From: Macrostomum lignano
Taxonomy: Eukaryota
Reading direction: 5' to 3'
DNA: 64,000 nucleotides
NCBI GenBank assembly: GCA_002269645.1
Contig: NIVC01000311.1
Span: 1-64,000, forward strand
A program made the translations under genes and the position numbers. This document shows, piece after piece, positions 26,427 to 39,414 of the stretch. Under the pieces are notes generated by a model. That model did not search any database. It had not been told where the DNA came from and worked only from the letters and a program-made list of their open reading frames with translations. The number at the start of each line of letters is the position of its first letter. Positions within the stretch are counted from its first letter, which is position 1.

Positions 26427-29400
26427 TTAAGTGGCTGAATTTTCACTCTCAGAAGCTTCCGCCTGTCCGGCCGGCCGGAACCGGGCCCGGAACTTGGCCA
26501 GCTGCTGCGGCGACATCAGCAGCCGCATCGCCAGCTGATCGCCGCCACCTTGGCTGGCGGGCACTGCGGACTCGACAGTCACGCCCTGCTGCTCCAGCCA
26601 GGTGTACAGCCGGGAGGCCGGGGAGCAGCGGAGACGCACGCGCTGGTAGCCCAGGCCGGAGATGAGCCGCGACTGCAGCCGCCGCTGCAGCTCGACCAGG
26701 TTCAGCCCCGTCTCGCATGACACCAGCAACGAGTCCTCTGGCGGAGCCGGCGACTCAGAGTCAGTCTGGTGGAAAATGGGATTGCGGGAAAGGGGATCAC
26801 ACTGGGGAGAGGGGATCACACTGGGGAGAGGGGATCACACTGGGGAGAGGGGATCAGACTGGGGAGAGGGGATCACACTGGGGAGAGGGGATCAGACTGG
26901 GGAGAGGGGATCACACTGGGGAGAGGGGATCACACTGGGGAGAGGGGATCACACTGGGGAGAGGGGATCAGACTGGGGAGAGGGGATCACACTGGGGAGA
27001 CGGGATCACACTGGGGAGAGGGGATCACACTGGGGAGAGGGGATCACACTGGGGAGACGGGATCACACTGGGGAGAGGGGATCACACTGGGGAGATGGGA
27101 TCAGACTGGGGAGAGGGGATCACACTGGGGAGATGGGATCACACTGGGGAGAGGGGATCAGACTGGGGAGAGGGGATCACACTGGGGAGAGGGGATCAGA
27201 CTGGGGAGAGGGGATCACACTGGATCACACTGGGAGAGGGGATCAGACTGGGGAGAGGGGATCACACTGGGGAGAGGGGATCACACTGGGGAGAGGGGAT
27301 CACACTGGGGAGAGGGGATCACACTGGGGAGAGGGGATCAGACTGGGGAGAGGGGATCACACTGGGAGACGGGATCACACTGGGGAGAGGGGATCACACT
27401 GGGGAGAGGGGATCAGACTGGGGAGAGGGGATCACACTGGGGAGACGGGATCACACTGGGGAGAGGGGATCACACTGGGGAGAGGGGATCACACTGGGGA
27501 GACGGGATCACACTGGGGAGAGGGGATCACACTGGGGAGATGGGATCAGACTGGGGAGAGGGGATCACACTGGGGAGATGGGATCACTGGGGAGAGGGGA
27601 TCACACTGGGGAGATGGGATCAGACTGTGGAGATGGGATCACTGGGGAGATGGGATCAGACTGGGGAGATGGGATCAGACTGGGGAGATGGGATCAGACT
27701 GGGGAGATGGGATCACACTGGGGAGATGGGATCAGACTGGGGAGATGGGATCAGACTGGGGAGATGGGATCACACTGGGGAGATGGGATCAGACTGGGGA
27801 GATGGGATCAGACTGGGGAGAGGGGATCACACTGGGGAGAGGGGATCACACTGGGGAGATGGGATCAGACTGGGGAGATGGGATCACACTGGGGAGAGGG
27901 GATCAGACTGCGGAGATGGGATCACTGGGGAGATGAGATCACACTGGGGAGATGGGATCAGACTGGGGAGATGGGATCAGACTGGGGAGAGGGGATCACA
28001 CTGGGGAGATGGGATCAGACTGGGGAGATGGGATCACACTGGGGAGATGGGATCAGACTGGGGAGATGGGATCAGACTGGGGAGATGGGATCACACTGGG
28101 GAGATGGGATCAGACTGGGGAGATGGGATCAGACTGGGGAGATGGGATCACACTGGGGAGATGGGATCAGACTGGGGAGATGGGATCACACTCGGGAGAT
28201 GGGATCAGACTGGGGAAAAGGGGATCACACTGGGGAGATGGGATCACTGGGAAGATGGGATCACACTGGGGAGATGGGATCACACTGGGGAGATGGGATC
28301 AGACTGGGGAAAAGGGGATCACACTGGGGAGATGGGATCACTGGGGAGATGGGATCACACTGGGGAGATGGGATCAGACTGGGGAGATGGGATCAGACTG
28401 GGAGATGGGATCAGACTGGGGAGAGGGGATCAGACTGGGGAGATGGGATCAGACTGGGGAAAAGGGGATCACACTGGGGAGATGGGATCACTGGGGAGAT
28501 GGGATCACACTGGGGAGATGAGATCACTGGGGAGACGAGATCAGACTGGGGAGATGGGATCAGACTGGGGAGAGGGGATCAGACTGGGGAGATGGGATCA
28601 GACTGGGGAGATGGGATCAGACTGGGGAGATGGGATCAGACTGGGGAGATAGGATCAGACTGGGGAGAGGGGATCACACTGGGGAGAGGGGATCAGACTG
28701 GGGAGATGGGATCACACTGGGGAGAGGGGATCAGACTGGGGAGAGGGGATCACACTGGGCAGATGAGAGCAGACTGGGAAAAGCCCAGGCTCGCTCACCG
28801 AGTCCAGCAGCAGGTCGCACTTGTTGTAAACCGTCAGCATGCCGTTGCGCAGCTTCTCGGACAGTCCGAGTTTGTCCAGCGTGTCCGAAACTGTCCGGCA
28901 CCGTTCCGGCCAGTCCGGATCGCTGCAGTCGACCACGTGGAGCAGCTGGTCGGCGTCCAGCGAGTCGCGCAGGGTGCAGCGGAACGGAGCCACCAGGCTG
29001 GTGGGCAGGTCGGACAGGAAGCCGATGGTGTCCACCAGCAGGCAGGGGAGGCCGCACGGCAGGCGGCAGCGGTGGTGGCTGCTGTGCAGGGTGGCGAACA
29101 GCCGGTCCTCGGGCAGCAGAGACGACTTGCGGGCCAGCAGCGACACTAAAGAGGTCTTGCCGGCGTTGGTGTAGCCCACCACCGCCACAGTGGGCACCTG
29201 CGAATACAGATGGGTTGGGTTCAAGAATTTTTTCCTTCCCTCACCCTGCATCCCCAACCCTTTCTCTCACCCTGCATCCCCAACCCTTTCCCTCACTCTG
29301 CATCCCCAACCCTTTCTCTCACCCTGCATCCCCAACCCTTTCTCTCACCCTGCATCCCCAACCCTTCCCCGACCCTGCATCCCCAACCCTTTCCCTCACC

Positions 29401-31305
29401 CTGCATCCCCAACCCTTCCCCGACCCTGCATCCCCAACCCTTTCCCTCACCCTGCATCCCCAACCCTTCCCCGACCCTGCATCCCCAACCCTTTCCCTCA
29501 CTCTGCATCCCCAACCCTTTCCCTCACCCTGCATCCCCAACCCTTCCCCGACCCTGCATCCCCAACCCTTTCACTCTGCATCCCCAACCCTTTCCCTCAC
29601 CCTGCATCCCCAACCCCTTTTCACACCCTGCATCCCCAACCCCCAACCCCTTCCCTCACCCTGCATCCCAACCCCTTCTCACACCCTGCATCCCCAACCC
29701 CTTCCCTCACCCTGCATCCCCAACCCCTTCTCACACCCTGCATCCCCAACCCTTTCCCTCACCCTGCATCCCCAACCCCTTCTCACACCCTGCATCCCCA
29801 ACCCCCAACCCCTTCCCTCACCCTGCATCCCAACCCCTTCTCACACCCTGCATCCCCAACCCCTTCCCTCACCCTGCATCCCCAACCCCTTCTCACACCC
29901 TGCATCCCCAACCCTTTCCCTCACCCTGCATCCCCAACCCCTTCTCTCACCCTGCATCTCCAACCCTTTCTTTCACCTGTCGCCGCCGCGCCTCCCCCTT
30001 CGCGGTCTTCCTGGCCTCGATGTCAGCCAGTGCCGCCCGCAGCCTCTCCGCCTCGGCCTCCAAGGCGTCGAGGGCCCGCTGCCTGCCGGTGGCCTCAGAG
30101 GCGGCCCGGCCGGCGGCCACGGACTCCGGTGAGACGACGGCGGTGCGGGCGAGACGCAGGGGGATCTCGGCCAGCTGGATCTGCAGTTTGGACTCGCGCG
30201 AGGTCGCCCGGTCGTTGAATGCCTGCAGCACCACCGAGTAGCGGTCCAGCACCGGCCGGCGCCACTCCGCGGACAGGTTGTACGACTGCGGCGGGAGGGG
30301 CGCGGGGTTTTTGACTGGTGTGTGAACAATCTAAATAAATGTGTGAACACTGGGAAATGCGTGAACAATCTAGAGAAGACTGTGAACTATCCAAAGAAAT
30401 ATGTGAATACACAAATTAGTAAACAATCCAGAGAAATGTGTGAACAATCCAGAGAAATGTGTGAATATTCCACAGAAACGTGCGAATAATTTAGCGATAT
30501 GTGTGAATCATTAAGAGAAATGTGTGAATCATTTAGAGAAATGGGTGAATAATCCAGATAAATGTGTGAATAATCAAGAGAAATGTGTGAATCATTTAGA
30601 GAAATGCGTGAATAATTTAGAGAAATGTCTGCACAATTCAGATAAATGTGTGAACATTCAAAGAAAGTGTTAATAATTTAGAAAAAAATGAATAATTTAA
30701 AGAAATGTATGAAAAATCCATAGAAATGTGTGAACAATTCATAGAAATGTGTGCACATTCCATAGAAATGTGTGAACAATCCAGAAAAATGTGTGAAGAT
30801 TCCAGAGAAACTTGTGAATATTCCAGAGAAATGTGTGAACAATCCAGAAAAATGTGTGAAGATTCCAGAGAAACTTGTGAATATTCCAGAGAAATGTGTG
30901 AACAATCCAGAGCCAGCTCACCTGCATGCCGCTCAGCATGGCCACATTGACGAAGACGGCGGTCGCCTCGCTGCGCCGCACCTGGCTGGCGAGCTGGCTG
31001 TACACCCCGCTGGTGAACACCCACTGGGTCCGCTGCTTCATGTTGACGCTGAGGCAGCCCGACACCGACCAGCCATCGATGGAGTTCACCAGAGCGCGCG
31101 CCTCGGCCAGCTGCCGCTCCGGCGGCACCGAGTCCCGGTGGCCCCGCAGCTTCCGGCGCAGAGGCTGGACGATCAAGACGCTGTGCCAGCGACGCGGCAG
31201 CTGCGGCCGAAGGCGCTGGCAGCGGCGGCAGGACTGAGCTGCGAGAAGCTGCAGTGCGGTAGGATCGAAAAATCCCCTGAGATCCCGTAGAACGGATTTG
31301 CTCAT
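26427..31305 (-). CDS. GTPBP6: GTP-binding protein 6 (eukaryotic HflX homologue, mitoribosome factor), 4 exons
   Basis: Exons 31305-30922, 30285-29977, 29197-28799 and 26765-26427, all phase 0. HflX N-domain (QLAEARALV, PVLDRYSVVLQAF, SKLQIQLAE). G1 VVGYTNAGKTSL, G2 LFATL, G3 LVDTIGFLSDLP, G4 VYNKCD and G5 VSCETG. Confidence 0.92.
26790..28778. repeat. 19-bp minisatellite CTGGGGAGA(G/T)GGGATCA(C/G)A in GTPBP6 intron 3, about 2 kb
   Basis: About 100 units. Source of several spurious long ORFs. Confidence 0.97.
29237..29965. repeat. About 26-bp minisatellite CCCTGCATCCCCAACCCTTTCCCTCA in GTPBP6 intron 2
   Basis: About 28 units. Confidence 0.95.
30320..30910. repeat. About 21-bp minisatellite AATCCAGAGAAATGTGTGAAC in GTPBP6 intron 1
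   Basis: Degenerate tandem units throughout the intron. Confidence 0.9.
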
Positions 31306-31479
31306 AGCCAGCGGTTCTGCTAGATGCAGATCGCAATGAGATTAACTGGACCGCTTTTGGGACAAAACATTTCTTGTAGAGAAGAGGCCGGACTCGTGTC
31401 AACATCCAATGTCAATATGTACGAGAATGTCTCACGAAGTCTAATGAATTATGGACACTGGATCTAATAGATCAGGGTT

Positions 31480-32775
31480 CCACTTTCTAAGAGATGTGAG
31501 TCCATAGACTAATCCATAGACTAACCTAGACTATATAGACTAATCCATAGACTATTAGTCATAGACTAATAGATCAGGGTGCCATAGTCTAATAGCTCAG
31601 AGAGCCACAATCTAATAGATCAAGGTGCTATAGTCTAATAGCTCAGAGTGCCACAATCTAATAGATCAGGGTGCCATAGTCTAATAGATCAAGGTGCCAC
31701 AGTCTAATAGATCAGGGTGCCATAGTCTATTAGATCAGGGTGCCATAGTCTAATAGCTCAGAGAGCCACAATCTAATAGATCAAGGTGCTATAGTCTAAT
31801 AGCTCAGAGTGCCACAATCTAATAGATCAGGGTGCCATAGTCTATTAGATCAGGGTGCCATAGTCTAATAGCTCAGAGTGCCACAATCTAATAGATCAAG
31901 GTGCCATAGTCTAATAGCTCAGAGTGCCACAATCTAATAGATCAAGGTGCTATAGTCTAATAGCTCAGAGTGCCACAATCTAATAGATCAAGGTGCTATA
32001 GTCTAATAGATCAGGGTGCCATAGTCTAATAGATCAGGGTGCCATAGTCTAATAGATCAAGGTGCCACAATCTAATAGATCAAGGTGCCACAGTCTAATA
32101 GATCAGGGTGCCACAGTCTAATAGATCAAGGTGCCACAGTCTAATAGATCAGGGTGCCACAGTCTAATAGATCAAGGTGCCATAGTCTAATAGATCAGGG
32201 TACCATAGTCTAATAGATCAAAGTGCCACAGTCAAATAGATCAGGGTGCCACAGTCTAATAGATCAAGGTGCCATAGTCTAATAGATCAAGGTGCCATAG
32301 TCTAATAGATCAAGGTGCCACAGTCTAATAGATCAGGGTGCCACAGTCTAATAGATCAAGGTGCCACAGTCTAATAGATCAGGGTGCCACAGTCTAATAG
32401 ATCAAGGTGCCATAGTCTAATAGATCAGGGTACCATAGTCTAATAGATCAAAGTGCCACAGTCTAATAGATCAGGGTGCCATAGTCTAATAGATCAAGGT
32501 GCCACAGTCTAATAGATCAGGGTGCCACAGTCTAATAGATCAGGGTGCCACAGTCTAATAGATCAAGGTGCCACAGTCTAATAGATCAGGGTGCCACAGT
32601 CTAATAGATCAAGGTGCCATAGTCTAATAGATCAGGGTACCATAGTCTAATAGATCAAAGTGCCACAGTCTAATAGATCAGGGTGCCATAGTCTAATAGA
32701 TCAAGGTGCCACAGTCTAATAGATCAGGGTGCCACAGTCTAATAGATCAAGGTGCCACAGTCTAATAGATCAGGT
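31480..32775. repeat. 23-bp minisatellite GTCTAATAGATCAGGGTGCCACA upstream of GTPBP6
   Basis: About 55 units. Confidence 0.96.
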
Positions 32776-33149
32776 TACCAAACGGTCTTGGATACAGCAA
32801 GCCGAGAAAACAAAGGCAGACACAAGGCAATTTTCAATATTAATAAACCTGTCTAGATGTGCAAATATTAATAATTTCCAAGTCACAGAGATGGAAAGCT
32901 GGCTGACAAAATAAAACAGTATATTTCTTGTATTCCATTTGCTGATCTGCCGCGTCCCAAATAATAACCAGGCCAAATGCAGCGCAGGTGAGCATAAGCC
33001 TAAAGCATTTCATCATAGATCTACTGGTGCAATAAGATTGATCAAGGCAGCACTGCTGAGCTCTTTGTGATTGCAAGTTTCGGTGTACAGTATGGCAACT
33101 CAAGTTTGCAAGCAAGTTACGGGTTGGATCAAAAGGCAGAGAACGATTC

Positions 33150-34930
33150 CTGACGATTCTGATGGTCAGGGGTCCCGATTCTGATGGTCAGGGAGTCCCG
33201 ATTCTGATGGTCAGGTGTCCCGATTCTGATGGTCAGGGAGTCCCGATTCTGATGGTCAGGTGTCCCGATTCTAATGGTCAGGGTCCTGTTTCTGATGGTC
33301 AGGGGTCCTGTTTCTGATGGTCAGGGGTACCGATTCTGATGGTCAGGGGTCCTGTTTCTGATGGTCAGGGGTCCCGATTTTAATGGTCAGGCTCCTGTTT
33401 CTGATGGTGAGGGGTCCTGTTTCTGATGGTCAGGGGTCCCGATTTTAATGGTCAGGCTCCTGTTTCTGATGGTAAGGGGTCCTGTTTCTGATGGTCAGGG
33501 GTCCCGATTTTAATGGTCAGGCTCCTGTTTCTGATGGTGAGGGGTCCTGTTTCTGATGGTCAGGGGTCCCGATTTTAATGGTCAGGCTCCTGTTTCTGAT
33601 GGTGAGGGGTCCTGTTTCTGATGGTCAGGGGTACCGATTTTAATAGTCAGGGTCCTGTTTCTGATGGTCAGGGGTCCTGTTTCTGATGGTCAGGGGTCCT
33701 GTTTCTGATGGTCAGGGGTCTCGATTTTAATGGTCAGGGGTCCCGATTCTAATGGTCAGGCGCACTTATTCTGATGGTCAGGGGTCACGATTCTGATGGT
33801 CAGGGGTACCGATTCTGATGGTCAGGGGTACCGATTTTAATGGTCAGGGGTCCCGATTCTAATGGTCAGGCGCACTTATTCTGATGGTCAGGGGTACCGA
33901 TTCTGATGGTCAGGCGCACTTATTCTGATGGTCAGGGGTCCCGATTCTGATGGTCAGGCGCACTTATTCTGATGGTCAGAAGTACCGATTATAATAGTCA
34001 GGCGCACTTATTCTGATGGTCAGGGGTACCGATTCTAATGTGCAGGGGTACCGATTCTGATGGTCAGGGGTCCCGATTCTAATGGTCAGGCGCACTTATT
34101 CTGATGGTCAGGGGTCCCGATTCTGATGGTCAGGCGCACTTATTCTGATGGTCAGAAGTACCGATTATAATAGTCAGGCGCACTTATTCTGATGGTCAGG
34201 GGTACCGATTCTAATGTACAGGGGTACCGATTCTGATGGTCAGGGGTCCCGATTCTAATGGTCAGGCGCACTTATTCTGATGGTCAGGGGTCCCGATTCT
34301 GATGGTCAGGCGCACTTATTCTGATGGTCAGAAGTACCGATTATAATAGTCAGGCGCACTTATTCTGATGGTCAGGGGTACCGATTCTAATGTACAGGGG
34401 TACCGATTCTGATGGTCAGGGGTCCCGATTCTAATGGTCAGGCGCACTTATTCTGATGGTCAGGGGTCCCGATTCTGATGGTCAGGCGCACTTATTCTGA
34501 TGGTCAGAAGTACCGATTATAATAGTCAGGCGCACTTATTCTAATGGTCAGGGGTCCCGATTCTGATGGTCAGGGGTCCCGATTCTGATAGTCAGGGGTC
34601 CCGATTCTGATGGTCAGGCGCACTTATTCTGATGGTCAGGGGTACCGATTCTGATGGTCAGGGGTACCGATTCTGATGGTCAGGCGCACTTATTCTGATG
34701 GTCAGGGGTCCCGATTCTGATGGTCAGGGGTACCGATTCTGATGGTCAGGCGCACTTATTCTGATGGTCAGGGGTCCCGATTCTGATGGTCAGGGGTACC
34801 GATTCTGATGGTCAGACGCAATTCTTCTAATGGTCAGGGGTCCCGATTCTAATGTACAGGGGTCCTGTTTCTGATGGTCAGGGGTCCCGATTCTGATGGT
34901 CGGGCGCACTTATTCTGATGGTCAGGGGTC
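33150..34930. repeat. 22-bp minisatellite ATTCTGATGGTCAGGGGTCCCG downstream of the GABPB-like gene
   Basis: About 80 units with GCGCACTT, GTACCG and CTGTTT variants. Confidence 0.96.
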
Positions 34931-35089
34931 CCAGTTCTTGTAATCATCCACAGAGGCACCAAAAACCTGACCAGGAGACCCTAACAAGAACAATTATTAA
35001 CCAAAGCGAGAGTGAATTAAAAAACTTGAGTCAGAGCTCCAGCACTGAGCCAGTACAGGGGCGGGCGGGGGCAGTCCAGTTAGGCCCTG

Positions 35090-38000
35090 CTAGGACTCCG
35101 AGCAGGACTGCAGGTGCTCCAGCAGCTGGCAGTCGACCCGGAACGCGGACACAACCAGGCGCGAGGCCGATTCCTCGTGAGTGGCACGCAGGTTCACAAC
35201 GGAGCCGTCGGTGTCATAAAACCAGCCCAGCAGAGACGACCCGTACATTGCCGTCACGCGCAGGCCCAGGCTCGACAGGTGGGCGGGCACCTGGAAAATA
35301 TTGTTTGGGGGAGCTTTGTCACACTGGCGTCACGGCCTTCTTGATGGCGCCCATGCGGTCACAGAGCACTGAGATGAGCACCCAGCCCGGTCATAGAGCA
35401 CTGAGAGGAGCACCCAGCCCGGTCACACTGAGATGAGCACCCAGCCCGGTCACACTGAGATGAGCACCCAGCCCGGTCACAGAGCACTGAGATGAGCACC
35501 CAGCCCGATAACACTGAGATGAGCACCCAGCCCGGTCACACTGAGATGAGCACCCAGCCCGGTCACACTGAGATGAGCACCCAGCCCGGTCACAGAGCAC
35601 TGAGATGAGCACCCAGCCCGATCACACTGAGATGAGCACCCAGCCCGGTCACACTGAGATGAGCACCCAGCCCGGTCACAGAGCTCTGAGATGAGCACTT
35701 AGCCCGGTCACTCTGAGATGAGCACCCAGCCCGGTCACACTGAGATGAGCACCCAGCCCGGTCACAGAGCTCTGAGATGAGCACCCAGCCCGGTCACTCT
35801 GAGATGAGCACCCAGCCCGGTCACAGAGCTCTGAGATGAGCACCCAGCCCGGTCACTCTGAGATGAGCACCCAGCCCGGTCACACTGAGATGAGCACCCA
35901 GCCCGGTCACAGAGCACTGAGATGAGCACCCAGCCCGATCACACTGAGATGAGCACCCAGCCCGGTCACACTGAGATGAGCACCCAGCCCGGTCACAGAG
36001 CTCTGAGATGAGCACCCAGCCCGGTCACTCTGAGATGAGCACCCAGCCCGGTCACACTGAGATGAGCACCCAGCCCGGTCACAGAGCTCTGAGATGAGCA
36101 CCCAGCCCGGTCACTCTGAGATGAGCACCCAGCCCGGTCACAGAGCTCTGAGATGAGCACCCAGCCCGGTCACTCTGAGATGAGCACCCAGCCCGTCACA
36201 CTGAGATGAGCACCCAGCCCGTCACACTGAGATGAGCACCCAGCCCGGTCACTCTGAGATGAGCACCCAGCCCGGTCACACTGAGATGAACACCCAGCCC
36301 GTCACACTGAGATAAGCACCCAGCCCGGTCACTCTGAGATGAGCACCCAGCCCGTCACACTGAGATGAGCACCCAGCCCGTCACACTGAGATGAGCACCC
36401 AGCCGAACCTGGGCGATCCCGCAGCCGGCAGGCAGCCAGACGGACAGCGGGTCGCCATTCCCCTGATCTGCCAGCTCCTGCAGCCGCATCCGCAGCTCCA
36501 GCCCGGACGTGGCAGATGTGGCCGATGAAGCCGCTGAAGCTGGCGAATCGCTCTCGGCCTGCTGCTGCAGTGAAGACTCAGCCGGCTGCTCGAACTGGAT
36601 GTCACCAAGGTCGTCCAGCAGCCCCAGACCTGCGTCGGTGGCGTCGTCAACGCCCGGCCAGCGGCAGGCCTCCGTCAGCGATTCGTCGACGTCGATGCAG
36701 CCAGGTTCGACGACGGGCGGGCCCAGAGACCGGCTGCCGTTTGTGGCGAAGTCGGACAGCAGCGCGGCGCAGCCCAGGCCGGCGTGGCCCAGCGACTCGG
36801 CCACCTGCAGGGGCGTCTGGCCGAACTTGTTCACCGGGCTGTGCTGTGCGCCCGCCCGCAGCAGCAAGTCCACAATGGCCGGCCTGGGGACGCGGGAATG
36901 GGGATGGCGGGTGTCACCTCTGACACAATCCTGTCAGACTGAATATCTGACACAATCCTGTCAGACTGTGAATATCTGACACAATCCTGTCAGACTGTGA
37001 ATATCTGACACAATCCTGTCAGACTGTGAATATCTGACACAATCCTGTCAGACTGTGAATATCTGACACAATCCTGTCAGACTGTGAATATGACACAATC
37101 CTGTCAGGCTGTGAATATCTGACACAACCCTTTCAGACTGTCAATATCTGACACAATCCTGTCAGACCAATCAGAGAACATCTGACACAATCCTGTCAGA
37201 CTGTGAATATCTGACACAATCCTGTCAGACTGTGAATATGACACAATCCTGTCAGGCTGTGAATATCTGACACAACCCTTTCAGACTGTCAATATCTGAC
37301 ACAATCCTGTCAGACCAATCAGAGAACATCTGACACAAGCCTGTCAGACCAATCAGCGAATATCTGACACAAGCCTGTCAGACCAATCAGAGAACATCTG
37401 ACACAAGCCTGTCAGACCAACCAGTGAACATCTGACACAATCCTGTCAGACCAACCAGTGAACATCTGACACAATCCTGTCAGACCAATCAGTGAACATC
37501 TGACACAATCCTGTCAGACCAATCAGTGAAAATCTAACACAATCCTGTCAGACCAATCAGTGAACATCTGACCAATCAGTGAACATCTGACACAAGCCTG
37601 TCAGACCAATCAGTGAACATCTGACCAATCAGTGAAAATCTAACACAATCCTGTCAGACCAATCAGTGAACATCTGACCAATCAGTGAACATCTGACACA
37701 AGCCTGTCAGACCAATCAGTGAACATCTGACCAATCAGTGAAAATCTAACACAATCCTGTCAGACCAATCAGTGAACATCTGACCAATCAGTGAACATCT
37801 GACACAAGCCTGTCAGACTAATCTGTGAATATCTGACCAATCAGTGAACATCTGACACAAGCCTGTCAGACCAATCAGTGAATATCTGACACAAGCCTGT
37901 CAGACCAATCAGTGAATATCTGACACAAGCCTGTCAGACCAATCAGTGAATATCTGACACAAGCCTGTCAGATCAATCAGTGAACATCTGACACAAGCCT

Positions 38001-39414
38001 GTCAGACCAATCTGTGAATATCTGACCAATCAGTGAACATCTGACACAAGCCTGTCAGACCAATCAGTGAATATCTGACACAAGCCTGTCAGACCAATCA
38101 GAGAATATCTGACACAAGCCTGTCAGACCAATCAGTGAATATCTGACACAAGCCTGTCAGACCAATCAGAGAATATCTGACACAAGCCTGTCAGACCAAC
38201 CAGTGAACATCTGACACAAGCCTGTCAGACCAATCAGTGAATATCTGACACAAGCCTGTCAGGCCAATCAGTGAACATCTGACACAAGCCTGTCAGACCA
38301 ATCAGTGAACATCTGACACAATCCTGTCAGACCAATCAGTGAATATCTGACACAAGCCTGTCAGACCAATCAGAGAATATCTGACACAAGCCTGTCAGAC
38401 CAATCAGAGAACATCTGACACAAGCCTGTCAGACCAATCAGAGAATATCTGACACAAGCCTGTCAGACCAACCAGTGAACATCTGACACAATCCTGTCAG
38501 ACCAATCAGTGAACATCTGACACAATCCTGTCAGACCATCCAGAGAACATCTGACACAAGCCTGTCAGACCAATCAGTGAACATCTGACACAAGCCTGTC
38601 AGACCAATCAGTGAACATCTGACACAAGCCTGTCAGACCAATCAGTGAACATCTGACCAATCAGTGAACATCTGACACAAGCCTGTCAGACCAATCTGTG
38701 AATATCTGACACAAGCCTGTCAGTCATTTCCCAATCCACCTACCAGTTGCCCTGGCAGGCGCAGTGCAGCGGCCGGTTGCGCAGGAAGTCCTCGCTGTCC
38801 GGATCCGCCCCGGAGTCCAGCAGCAGCCTGGCAACATCGCCGTGCCCGCCCGCCGCGGCCAGGTGCAGCGGGGTGCGGCCCACTTTATTGCGCGCATCGG
38901 CCTGGAAGCTGTGGGCCAGCAGGCGGCGGCAGATGGCCAGGTGGCCGCTCCGGGCGGCCTGGTGCAAGGCAGTGAAGCCCAGCCAGTCGCTGGAGTGCGG
39001 CACGTTGGACTCCAGCAGGCTGCTCACCTGGGCCAGGTCGCCAGCCTCGGCGTAGGCGTTCAAGCAGCCGCCGAGATTCTTGGCCAGCTCCAGCGGCTTG
39101 TCGTCTTCTTCGTCTGGCTGCTGCTTCACCAGAGGAGTCTGCTGCTCCTGCTCAGCCAATTGCTGCTTCCGCTGTCTGATGCGCCACCTGCAGCCGCTGC
39201 GGCCCTGCATCCGCTGGGAGGCCGCGGCTGCAGAGGCAGCAGCGACAGCTGTGATGGAGGCGGCAGGGTTGAGCAGTGAGGGATCGGCGGCGAGGGACCC
39301 CAGCATTGGACTGCCTGCCTGCTGCTGCTGCTCCTGCGAATATTGCTGCTCCTGCAGAAGCAACTGCTGCTGGAACAATTTCTGTTGCTGCTGCACTGCT
39401 TCTAGTGGCATCAA
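35090..39414 (-). CDS. GABPB1: GA-binding protein beta-like ankyrin repeat protein, 3 exons
   Basis: Exons 39414-38744, 36883-36409 and 35290-35090 are in frame. [66 protein letters not shown] closely follows GABPB (LGKKLLEAARAG..APFTTDWLGTSPLH..DARTKVDRTPLH..SKFCKTAFD). The last exon is less certain. Confidence 0.75.
35365..36403. repeat. 27-bp minisatellite CACTGAGATGAGCACCCAGCCCGGTCA in GABPB intron 2
   Basis: About 37 units, some carrying a 5-bp insertion. Confidence 0.96.
36920..38723. repeat. About 34-bp minisatellite TCTGACACAAGCCTGTCAGACCAATCAGTGAACA in GABPB intron 1
   Basis: About 55 units. Each has the inverted repeat TCTGACA..TGTCAGA and most have a CCAAT core. Confidence 0.96.

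Noticed and set aside
26662-30241. Long GEGITLGR / PCIPNP ORFs, and similar repeat ORFs at 21848, 24390, 35391 and 49739
   Set aside because: They lie inside intronic or intergenic minisatellites. The spliced gene models already explain the flanking exons.
26427-31305. Bacterial hflX acquired by horizontal transfer or contamination
   Set aside because: The gene has three spliceosomal introns, a presequence-like N-terminus and host-type repeats. It fits nuclear GTPBP6.
15240-38723. CRISPR-like appearance of 22-43 bp repeats
   Set aside because: The units are directly adjacent with no unique spacers, there are no cas genes, and the context is eukaryotic.
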